Positions 47,330-58,800 of a DNA stretch of 64,000 bases are shown here, one piece after another. The translations under genes and the position numbers were made by a program. Origin of the DNA: Eutreptiella sp. 'Long Island Sound 2002' (lineage: Eukaryota > Protista > Euglenida). The number at the start of each line of letters is the position of its first letter. The first letter of the stretch is position 1. The stretch covers positions 2,108,001-2,172,000 of the forward strand of contig OZ038379.1 in NCBI GenBank assembly GCA_964036045.1, written 5' to 3'. Below the pieces are notes generated by a model. The model saw only the letters and a program-made list of their open reading frames with translations. It was not told where the DNA came from and searched no databases.

Positions 47330-48279
47330 ACATGATCACCACCAGAGCACCTGTGCCTGCATGTAGCTCCAAATTGGGCAAATCCTGCCTTTTGCGGCCA
47401 CAGCCCTTTTGCCATATGCGTTTCACCAACGCGCTTCCACACACTGGTGATGCCAAAATCAAGGCCTGCCACTTGGCGAGCCCAGGCTCATTTCAAGCCA
47501 ATATGGGGAACCCTGCTTGGCCCATAATTTCCAAACCCCGTTGTCAGACTTGTTTCACCGAGGCGACTCCACCCAAATCAAATCCCGGTCGAAATGTGCA
47601 CTTTTCTGCCCGTCGCCATGCATGCGCGTGGTGGCGAACCCAGGTCCTGTCGTTTGGCAAACCCAGGCTTTTTTTGCCTCCTTACCTGGTATGGATATTT
47701 CACCACAGGGAATCCAGCCTGGTGCACAATTGTCATACTTTTTGCACACCACCAAACTCCTGACCAAGTGCAGCCGGATCCCAAATTCTGTGGCCTGCAT
47801 AACTATGAGGGTGCTCTTGCCGATGCGCACGCAGTGCGCGCAATGTGCAAATTTTGGTATATCCGGGGACCCACAGGGACCGGTAGCACCCCTTTAGGGG
47901 GCAATAAACAAATGCTTGCTGTGCCCATTTGCTGCAGGTATGCTGTTTGCACATGAGGTGGTGTAGGTACTCAATTGTTGTTGTCTCTCTCAGCTCTGAA
48001 ACAACATGTCGTTGTCTTAGGTCGTCCCTGGCACCAACATTATCTATCATCATTCAAGCACATTGGAGAGAGTTCCTGCAGTTGTTGTGCTGGACGGTGA
48101 TTTCTTGAGCATCCAGTACGAGGTGAATGGCAAGACAATCACACATGATTGTGCTCCACTTCACCAGTTGGAGTTCTAGAAGCCCCCAAGAGATAACCGG
48201 AACCATCAAGAGGCCTCCAAGAAAGAACAAAAACTACCCAAAACCCTCCTAGAATTGCTCCGAGCGATGTCTCTCTTCG

Positions 48280-49347
48280 TTGAATTCCTTGACCTTTTGC
48301 TCGAATTCGGCTTCACGACGTTGCATGTCGACCTCAAACGATTTCTGCACAACCAACAGTTGGTCAATGCGTTGTCGCATTTTAGTCTCCAACGCAGCGA
48401 ACGGTGTTAGAAACTTGTCAACAGCTTCATACCCTGTCTACATTTTAGATACGATACTCTCCGTCCCTTGTTGGACTGACCTCTCAATTCTCTTGGGAAT
48501 TGCCTCCGTCGGCCGCTTCCATTCTTGTAGTCTTTGATTGACTGCTTTCAATTGTGACGGTGTGTAGCGTAGTTCGTCACTGATTTCTTCGGCTGAGCGT
48601 AGTGAATCTTTAATTTCTTCCTCAAAATGTAACATGCTTGCACATGTTAGCTCGCAGAAGTCTTCCATCACTTCGGCCTTTTGCAGCGCTGCTGCATGTA
48701 CTTCAGTTGCCTTGACTCTTTATGTCTCTTTGCGCAACTGTAGAAGGATACGGAAACCATCTTCCATCTGTTCTTCCTCCATTCTACAATGTTGCATTGC
48801 TTCTTTTGGTGAGCGAGTATCACTTGGTATAACATACCCAATACTCCAGATGTTGTGACTGCCCCCCGGAATGCATCATACTGCTGGCGAAGGTCCATGT
48901 ACGTCGTCGGCACTGTTCACCATGGCTCCAAGAAAACTCGGCACCGTTGTGCAAGTAATCTGAAACTCAAGTAATTTGTATTCTGGACTCCGTATCTTCC
49001 CGACGGCGGCCAGGCGGCGCATACTTGCTGCTGGTCTCCAGCTCCGCTGAATGTACTCTGGTGCATAGCTTCGTCTTGTTGCTTGCCCTCAGCTATACTG
49101 AGTCTACTTCTGTGTCGTGAGTCGCCGCGCCGACACGAAAGTCACACCTCCAAAATTCATTCAACTGGTCTTCTTGGTCTGGTTCATTCAACTTGTCTTC
49201 TGCTTGTCCTGGCAGGACTGTATTTTCAAAGAATGATTCTCGACTTTTTCGCACTCCCAATCGCAAACTGTTCGCCGCGGTCTCATCTTGATCTACAACT
49301 TCATCTGTGCTCGTATCGCACTTTTGAACTGTAATAGGATTTTTCAT
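48280..49347 (-). pseudogene. Degenerate coiled-coil protein coding sequence
   Basis: Successive E/K/R/Q-rich ORF fragments (49093-49347, 48668-48913, 48438-48671) broken by stops and frameshifts. Confidence 0.35.
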
Positions 49348-50126
49348 AATACTATTCTTCGATATTTTGAAATCAATTCAAAAATTGGCACATGCACGAG
49401 ATTGGCACAATACGAGTTGCTGAGATCAAAATTTGGAACCGCGAAAAAAGTATGCCAAAGCGGTTCAAAACTTATGCTGATACATTCTCTAAACAAAAGA
49501 AATCAACAATTATGCACAGTGAAAATTTTATGATAAAACTTTCTGCACTCTTTACTTCTGGCACTGTGCGCGCCCTTGTGTTATACACTGCATTACGCGG
49601 CGCGTCTTACCTGCACCAGCGCACTGTGCTAGCTTGTGGTGCCTTTCCTATTACAGAGTCTCCTTGCTGTAGATTCTTACACCATGAACAAGCAGTCGCT
49701 CACGCATGGAAAGCCTTATGAAGCGGCAATAAGACGATCAATTCGTGACGCAGCTTGATGCTATGGGACCTTTCTTTGTAAGGTAAAGAAGCCAGTTGTT
49801 GTACCAGGCACTAGTTCTTGTACCACGACATGAAAGTTGGAAAGAAGGTAGTTTTTTCCATACAAACTTAGGATAAGTGTGTTCAATAGTTGACAATAGA
49901 TTGTTTGAGGCTCCCTTTGTCTTCATATGTCATAGTTACCCATACTACCCTTGTTAGGGCCCCGCTGGGAGTGAAAGTGGAGGAGGCCAAGTTTGTTGTC
50001 CACTCCGCGCGGACAGATCGAGTGGCTTTGAGTACATATTGGTACATACATACATAAAATAAGGTATGCCAAATCAGTATTCTGTTCAAATTAAAATGTT
50101 CTGTCGTTAAAAATCAGCGTGCGCTA

Positions 50127-50168
50127 GTTCCGGAGGGAGTCGGCGCTTCCGTTAACTCCCTCCGGAAC
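50127..50168. other. Perfect 14-bp stem hairpin
   Basis: GTTCCGGAGGGAGT, then a 14-nt loop, then ACTCCCTCCGGAAC. Confidence 0.85.
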
Positions 50169-51581
50169 CTTTGCCAGGCCGATTTTATTTGGACGGCTCG
50201 ATGTTTTAAGGTTTTGACTGTTCACACCTATCAAGAGCGATGTAAATCAACCCCCTAGCCATCCAAAATCTTTCCGTTGGCAGATAAATTGTCCGATTTC
50301 TGGCGATTTTTGGCGCGTAAAGGCGCCGCTCCCTCCCGCGCCAAAGATTCAAGGTTTTCTTACCTGGCGGAATGTATTTGAATAATTCAAGGGTCAATTT
50401 CAGTGTTAAATTGTACCTTTCAAAGTTTGAAATACCACTATGTTCATCAATGCAATAAAACATTGATACACTAAGGTGGTACACAAAGTAGTCCACCCCG
50501 AAATAGCAGCGCCTACATGACGTCCCTTTATTTGTGAATTTCTCAGCTCCAAGGAAAAATTTTCAGCAAGTAAGATTTCATTTCAAACTTCAAGTTTTCT
50601 ACTTCCCAATGCAAACTTACGACCAAAAAACTCAAATGCTAGCTAATTGTTTCAAAGCATGCAAAATGGTACACCTATTGGCTTCCTTACCTTAACACAG
50701 AACATGTGCAGCGCGGCTCATTTCTTGCAATGATGCAAATTCTCGGAATGAATCATTTCCTTACTTTCACATGTGCGAATGGAAACTGGAGCTTGAGTTT
50801 CGGTATGTACCGCCACTCATCATGGTTGTGTTGGTGCATTTGTATGCAAAAGAGTTGAAGCTCTGGGACACCACATCAACGTAGCTTTTCCCTCTCGAGG
50901 TTGGTGTCGTAGGACATTTCTTGCCAAGCTATTTGGCATCATTGAGTTGCGCCGTGCCTCTCATGAAGATGTATTCATTAGATAAACTATGACACGTGGA
51001 AGAGGCGGCCCACAAAGAAGCAAAAAGTGGCCTAGAACATGTGCTTGACTCTTTGTTCTTCGACATTGTCAACGCACTTCTTTGATGTCGTTTTCGTGCT
51101 TTTGTATGTGTGTTGATGTGTCCTTTGTACAGCCTCATGAAATGCTCATCGAGGAGTGTCAAACAATCTTCAATGTGGGTGACGTGCGTGCTTCGCTGTC
51201 AAGTCTTGCATGTTGTTGATTTGAAAAAGGGTAGGTGCCGGATAAGCATGAACAGACAAACATGAACTTTTGTCATTTGCACTAAGGCATGGTACAACCT
51301 TTGGACGTCTAAGGTTTTCCGAGATTCATTGCACTCACAAAGATAAACATTTTGGTGTTCAATTGGTTTCCTTTACAACCCCAACAGGCCAGCCCTTAAC
51401 TTCCTTCGTAAAACAATCAGAACTCTCAATTTTGGAAAAAAGCTACCATAGCTCAATATGTAGACAACAACACATTTCATCAAGAATCTTACTTTCTTCC
51501 ACATTAAGGTTTGGAATCTATTTTTGGCGATTAATCGATTCATCGATTAATCGCCAATTATCGGCCATCCAAAAAAATTAA

Positions 51582-52409
51582 TTGCAATCGATCGATTATT
51601 TTGCTACCCGCCTTGAAATCGAATCGATTATTTTGCGTCGCAGCGGCGCCGCAGAGGGGAGTGTAATGGGATTGGCACAACAGAGTGCAGAATGCGCTAA
51701 TTTCAGAATTAGATCTGTAATTTCAGAATTAGATCTGAAAGCGGATTGCAGGTGTATACCTGAAATACCTGCAACAGTCATTACAGTTCAGAAAATTGCG
51801 CTGAACAAGGAGTTGGATCTGAGCGTACGGTACGATCAGAAAAGGCTTATGAAGAGCAGCGAGGCTACGAGTGGCAGCACGCCGGTGTTTCCTATTGCTT
51901 TCTCCAGTGAGGGCGAAGACGCCGCAGAGCAGTTAAGGGAGTTCCAGAACGAACTATATCGCTTGGAGTTGGAGGAGCACTGGGGACGACGTGATGTTGA
52001 GTCTGCACAAGACGCGCAGTATGTTCACTTGTCCGAAAGAGCTGTGCATGCCTCTTTTGCAGCTGACCACCGCGAGCAGCGCTTTCGAAGCTTGGAACGA
52101 CGCATGGAGCAGCTCTGTGGCCGTGTGCAGCGTTTGGAGAGCGGCGCCAGTGTGCAGGGCAAAAGGATTCCGGATGACGACGCTGCTGGTACCAATGCGC
52201 GACGCCAACAGGCAGTGCGTGACACTGCGGCGCGCCGTAACGTGCAAAAGCCCACTGCTCCGCAGGAACAGCGGCTCAGCTCTTCGCCAAGCTCGCCAAG
52301 CTCATCAGCTACGCCAGAGCGCACAAACACGCGCGGCAAACGAGGTGGTCGCCAAGTGCGGCAGCAGCGTGCTGTGCGAGCGCTATTGGAGGTCTTGCAA
52401 GCAGGATGA
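51582..52409 (+). CDS. Cargo ORF with a coiled-coil segment inside the hAT-like element
   Basis: 275-codon ORF including EQLREFQNELYRLELEE..RSLERRMEQLCGRVQRLE. No transposase motifs; start codon uncertain. Confidence 0.35.
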   Translation: MQSIDYFATRLEIESIILRRSGAAEGSVMGLAQQSAECANFRIRSVISELDLKADCRCIPEIPATVITVQKIALNKELDLSVRYDQKRLMKSSEATSGSTPVFPIAFSSEGEDAAEQLREFQNELYRLELEEHWGRRDVESAQDAQYVHLSERAVHASFAADHREQRFRSLERRMEQLCGRVQRLESGASVQGKRIPDDDAAGTNARRQQAVRDTAARRNVQKPTAPQEQRLSSSPSSPSSSATPERTNTRGKRGGRQVRQQRAVRALLEVLQAG

Positions 52410-52640
52410 CAAGGCCTAAGCGCTTTTGTGCTGTGCGACCAACGAGATGCTCGCCAAGTGTGGCAGCAGCGTGCTGTGCGAGCGCTACTGGAGGTCTTGC
52501 AAGCAGGATGACAAGGCCTCAGCGCTGTTGTGCTGTGCGGCAAGCGAGATGCTCACCAAGTGCAACAGCAGCGTGCTGTGTGAGGGTTGTTGGAGGTCCT
52601 GCAGCCTGAGTGCGACGACCTCGGCGCTATTGTGCTGCGA
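52349..52640. repeat. 102-bp tandem repeat, ~3 copies
   Basis: TCGCCAAGTG / TCACCAAGTG at 52349, 52451 and 52553. Confidence 0.9.
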
Positions 52641-55600
52641 GTCTCTTCTGAGGCTCAGTGGGCGAGTGTGGCGCTACTGAGCGCCGTAAGGAAGCTTCTA
52701 TAAGCCTGGTGTTTCAATTGCGCCATAGCAAGGCTCTGGGGCGCAGATTCACTTCAGATTTAGCCTGAATGTAAAAATTGACTTTCTGCTTAACGTCGCT
52801 TTTGACAGTTCAAGCGACACCAAGCGCTTTCACTTGTAGCGCTAATATATGGGCTTGCTTCTTTTTTTGTTCATATTGTGAGAGCACAAGGTGCTGACCC
52901 CCAGGCTGCTTGGTATTGGCCGAGCACTTGGGAAGTCCCTGTTTGGCAGCATACGCGCCAGCTGAATAGAGCACACAAAGAGCACAGCAAACATTTTCTG
53001 TCTTTTTTGTGCTGAGCCGTGGACCTTGGCTTGTTTGTTGTTGGGGAAACCTAAACAAGCAGCAGGGTGAGTGAGTAAAACTGTGCACGGTTTTCTCCTG
53101 GGTTTTCCCCTAGGAAAAACATTGGCCACTGTTTGAAAGCACCAGGCCTGTGGCCACTCAAAGCCTTATTTGGTGAAGCTTCATTTTAGTATTAAAGCTA
53201 AATCAAACCACAGTGGAATAACACAACAACTCAAAGGTGCAAAGGTGAAATCACAGAGATACAAAAATTGATGGAAAATCAAACAAATAATTGGCAATTA
53301 ATTGGTTATTTTGGGCAAAATAATCCGATTGAATCGGTTATTTTTAGGAAAATAATCGGGAAAACCGATTATTTTTGGTAAAACAATCATTTAAAACTGG
53401 TTCTTTTTGGTGCAAACCAATTCCGAACCTTATTCCACATAGTTGTAGGGTGGATGCACTAAGAGATTGAGAGAGTTCAAAAAATGCATTTTCAGTTGCG
53501 CTCCATGTTTTCATAGTCACTTCTATGACTAACTTGTCATAGAACAGAAATTGTTGCACAGCCAGCGAACACTATTGTTTAACATCGAATCAAAATCAAC
53601 GACGCACAGGGCACGAGCTGTGCAAAAAACGAAAATGTTCCCCTACAGCAAATATGCATCCATAAAGATGGCTGTTTATGGGGCCCATCTTTATTATTCG
53701 GATACCTTAAATTCAATGGGTGGCACGACTTGGCACATTTCCTTCATCTCACTTTTCCTGTACAATTCTTTTGGCAGTCCTCGGAGCTGCATCATTTTAC
53801 TTTGGTCAACAATCAATGTGTAATTCAGTTCAAACACTGCTCTCCTTTTTTGATACATTCTTCGCAACCGTCCATGTAAAGCCCTCCAAAATGATTCTTT
53901 TTCAATATGAATCATCTCAGGTCGTGCCGCAGCACCAACTGCAACTTCGGCTCTATGATATTTATCACTGTTTCAGAATGCATGCACAAATATCAATGCC
54001 AAGTATGCATCACCTAACCAAAACCATAACCCTAACATGGAGACACGCATCCCTTCATTGTTGTCGCTGTGTCGGATTGCTTTGTCTGAGCATGTCTCTT
54101 GCGGCAAACCACCTGCCTAAAGAGTTGCAGGAGCAAAATTGCTGATACAAACATACACATATTCGTTAAAAACATGCTTCAATCTTTCGCAATTGACGTC
54201 ATCTTCTTTCTGTGCAAAGTGGTCAAATGTGGTCAAATCACATATCGCACAGAGGAAAGCTGGAAACAGAAAATCCCACCGTGCATCAATATGAACAAAC
54301 ACACCTTTTTTGCACTGTGCATCCCCTCCATCCCCCGGGTGCTGGGGAACAAACACACCTGTTAAAAAAAAAATCATCTTTCACCTATTCTTTTTGATGA
54401 ACAAATTGTTGCAGAAATGTGCTTGTACCTGTCAGTTGCCACTAACATTTCAAAAGTCTGCTGAGAGCAGGGGTCTCAAATTTTTTTGTGTATCAAAAAC
54501 CCCGCAAACACTTCCGTTTGGTATTCAATATTGGCATGTACCATCAGTGGACTTGGGTAGCCCATGCAATTTCTCTCAGTCATTTTGATTGGTACAGCGT
54601 AGATTGATGGTTTTGGGGGACAACCTGGAATTTTGGATATCACGGGTCACAATGGTCCCTCAATACATAACAAAATCAGATGGGGAGCTGCACATTTCCT
54701 GTAATCGCACAACACTGGAACAGAGAAAACACTGCCACCACCCTGCGTCACCACAGAAAACAAAGAGGGACACAAAAATACATTACGCAACAGAACACAC
54801 TGGAAATCAGTGAAATTCAGTCAAAATCGGACAGAAAACATGTGAGTGTTGATCCCCAGGAAGAATGGCAGGATTGAATTTACAAGCATTGAATGTGAGG
54901 TGGATAAAATAATTGTACAAAATGCAACCACACCTTGCATGCCACCCGACCGATACACGGAATGGATCACTGGAGCTGGGAGCCAAACATCCAAGAGGAT
55001 CTTCTCCTCCTGAAATAGGATCACCCCAAAAACAGCTGGCAAGAACTTCTGAAGGCAATCCTGCCATGATTGAATCCCAAAAAAAAAGCACCCATCCTCA
55101 CCCAAAATAATGAGTTGCTGCAACATGGGAGGGGCTTCTATGCAGAACAGGTCACTCGTGTTTGCCTGCTGTTGCGTTCATTCAGTGCTCTGCAACTCAG
55201 CCCTGAGAAAATGACAGCCCAGAAGTATGAGAGCAGTTTTAAAGAAAACTCTTCCCGTTCCAGAAAAGCAGAAAAGCACACTGAACAGAATGTTGGACCT
55301 TCATGGGAGAATTCTCATCCGAGGTTGAAACTTCCGCAATGAGGGGAACCTGCGTGGTTTGGTGTACAGAGCTGTGGCTCGATTGCAGGACTCCTGGATG
55401 CAAATCCGGCAGGCTGTCGCATATCTACAATCTTGAGCACCTGAATTCAACTGGTACAAAACTTGAGCACTTGAACTCAGGTGCTCTCTAATTACAAATG
55501 TTCATGTTTCTGTGTGTGTCAAACTGTCAAAGGCCGTTGGGATGACAAGCGCCGTCAGAGGGCTGTTACCATCTTGCTCAATCGTCAAAGCGGAAAGAAT

Positions 55601-55895
55601 CATCACCATCGTCAGAATCATCCTGCACCTGCGAACAAAATGCAATTGGTGAAATCCTCTGAGGAGAACAAATTAATCGATGAAAATGCTGCTGCTGCCC
55701 TGCTCATGGCACCAAGAACATCGCAACCCTCCTGCCTTCGGATGGCAGAAATGAAGATTTCTCCTCCATTTCTACTTTCTTCATTTGTTGTTGTGTGCCT
55801 GCTAATCATTGCCTTTAAAAAACGTGCATTCTACAGTGGTGTGCCTTGTTGTAATTGCCTTTTGAGATGGTGAATTCTGTTGTTGCGTGCATTCT

Positions 55896-58800
55896 TCATT
55901 TGCCCTGTCGGGAATTCAAACCATCACTTGCTTTGGAGTTGTAGCAAGGGGATGAAAGGAGAGGATGAAAGGTTAAACAGGTTTCAATGTCGCACCATCA
56001 CCTTGAGCGGGAATAGCACACACCTGCTTCACCAGGCGCTTTTTGGTGGCTGGCGCCTTCGTGGATTTGGATTTAGATTTGGCAGGCACAACTTCTTCGG
56101 AGTCCACGTCATCATCATCACCATCTTCATCTTCGTCTTCATCCTCGTCTTCGGCATCGTCGTCAATGAAACTCTCCGAATCATTCAACGTATAGCTGAT
56201 GGGCTTACGTTCCCTTGTCGACCTTTGTGGTCCTGCACAACAGAAGGAAGCACTGGCACGTTAACTGTCAACGACTGAGGCAACGCTAGACGCACCATAT
56301 GACACTGCGTAGTTGAAGCGACACTTCCATGTCCTTAGCAGCCAGCACCCAAGGGGCAATCCAGTATTATCATACTGACAACTTCCTCAAAATCATCCTC
56401 GCTGCCATCGTCACCATCTGCGTCCGAATCATCCTCATCACTGTCGCTGCTGTACTTCTTCTTTGCAGGCTTCTTTGGTTTCGTCGCTGCCTTTGGTTGT
56501 GCTGGTCTCTTTGGAGGAGGCGGAGGCTTCCTTGCAGGTTCAGGCGGTGGAAACTCAAGCTCCATATCCTCGTCTGCGTCAACAGCCACGCTCTGAGGCT
56601 CGGCTGGCCTATGAATGATCGGAGGTGTCGAGGGAGGATAATGGACACTCATTGCACACAGCCACACAGCGCAGCAGCAAAGCGGTGCAAGAAGAAAACA
56701 GGACGAAATCGCAGCTGGGGGTCATGCCAGTTGTGACCAGGGGCGGGTCTGATCTGATGATCCTAGACTGCTGTTCTGGCCGGTGTATGTGCATGTTGGT
56801 TCACTCTAAGGCTCAACCTCACCGAAAAGAACAGTATGTAGCACCGGAGCTGAATCTGCTCTGCAGCATTGTGTGGCTCACCCCCCCCTGGGCAACACTG
56901 GATTCCAGCGAACTGGTACAGGTAGAAGCAAGCAGTGCACCTACATCCCACAAAATTCAGATGACTGAGTGAGGAGGCGCATAAATGTGGGTTGGGGGGG
57001 GGGGGGGGAACCTCATGTAGACATAAAATTAGCATGAAATGAAACGACAACCATTCCCACAGACCAGCATGCAATTGGTAATGTTGAAGAAAAAGCACTC
57101 CCTAACCTTACCAAAGTGCATCTTTCCTCCAATTCAGACTTGGTTAAATCTAAAACAAAATGATAAACATAAACAAACTTGAGGGGAGGGGGTGAGACTA
57201 CCTTTAAGTGAGCAGAATATAAAAGAAATGGCTTGAGGGGGGGGGTGCCAGAAAGGGTCTATGAGTATGCTGGTTGTTACTTTTGGGTGCATGTGCGCGT
57301 TGGCGTTTTGGAGAGGAAATCCTCCACTTGTGGTTGGGGCTGGAGAGGGTGGGTTCAAAAAAAATAACTGAGAGATGTGGGGAGTCCGCTCGGCTGCCGC
57401 TAACAGCTGGGGAAAATGAAATTGAACTGAGAGTGGCACAGTTGTCCCACCACTCACAAGTGATGCTTCCACCCCTTGGCATCCCTCCCACGCCGCCGGC
57501 ACGCTCCACCCAACGTGCGGTGGGGCCTAGGTGATACGTTACCAAGACCCTAGGTCGGTACCAGTGTGTGCGCCACCACCAGGGGGGGGTGAGACCTAAT
57601 GAAGAGATGAGTTGAATTGGTGAAACCACCAGGGGAGGGGGGGGGGGGGGGTTGCAACCCCCAAGGGCTGTCTGACTCGGGAGCCAGCCCCCCTCCCCAG
57701 TCTCACACATGTACTATCCCATGCCAACACTCAGTCCCACATCTTTTTGACCCTGGAACTGCACTAGATGCACATAAGATTGACCCTCAAGGCCCTTCTC
57801 TGGCACTCATACTGAGAAAATCAGTTTGCAGCCCTTGAAGCCCTTGAAGCACACGTGAAGCAGTGTGCAAAAGGGGATGCCTTTTCAAGCAGTGTGCACA
57901 CAGTTTTGCCAGTTTTGGTACTACAAGAATTATGGGTATCTCATTTCAAGCCTCACTCTGCTCTGTGTATGTAAACCAAGGGACGCCCCCCCTCCCAAGC
58001 GAAACTCCAATGGCCCCTGTTGCCCAACTTTGCAGCCTTTCACATTAGCGGCCCACTGAGCAATGACCAACATGATGGGCATGCTAGTATGAACTACCCA
58101 AGGGGCACAGAAGACTTGAACAAAAACTGCCATGGCAGCCCCTCCCCCAACAGCACTCTGGACCCTGAATCAGAGAGTGTTCTCATCAACCATGGATCTG
58201 GGGCGCAGATGCAAGTAAACATGACAGCACACTTCTTCTTGCTGAACATATCAGGAACGCGTTTGGCGGTAAGCTCACTTGGAGACGAGGGAGTAGAAGA
58301 TGTCTCAGAATTGGTTGTCGGCGTTGGGAACAGAGAGGTGAGTGTTGGCTGTGAGGCATCCCTGAAAACGAAGACAACCCGCATTTCTGATTGGGCACAC
58401 TAAGCCTTTGGGGGGCCTTGGAGCCCCTTTTCAGACACCTTCCCTGCTGATAGGGGCTCCCAGGGCTGGCCTCTTGATAATGATGCAACCCCCCCCCCCC
58501 CCCCCCCCTGAAATCTCCCCCAATGTCTCCCCCAATGTTGTGACGCTTCTCCCCAAAGGGGGAGGGAGGGGTCATGAATTGAGTGAAGGGAGCTGTACTT
58601 CCCTTTCCTTTCCCTTGGCCTTTCCCTCCATAGGCCGTGGTGCCCATCGGCCTCTCACCACTCCTTCACTTTCCATTCCCTTGGTCGGTTGTGCCAACAG
58701 AGCCCCGGACTTGCCCTGTTTTACTTCTCTGCGTCGCAGCAGGCAGGCAGACAGAAACACCCAGTTTCACTTTTTTTCAGTGGCAAGCTTGGCTTCGTGC

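Larger units (their letters stand above)
51505..53432. mobile_element. Non-autonomous hAT-like element, 1928 bp
   Basis: TIR TAAGGTTTGGAAT / ATTCCGAACCTTA (1 mismatch). Perfect 8-bp TSD TTCCACAT at 51497-51504 and 53433-53440. AATCGATT-type subterminal motifs, including the palindrome 51526-51555. Confidence 0.9.

Noticed and set aside
50206-50496. 96-aa ORF beside the hairpin, and short ORFs at 49.4-51.5 kb and 53.4-54.8 kb as transposase remnants
   Set aside because: No recognisable DDE, BED or dimerisation motifs by eye.
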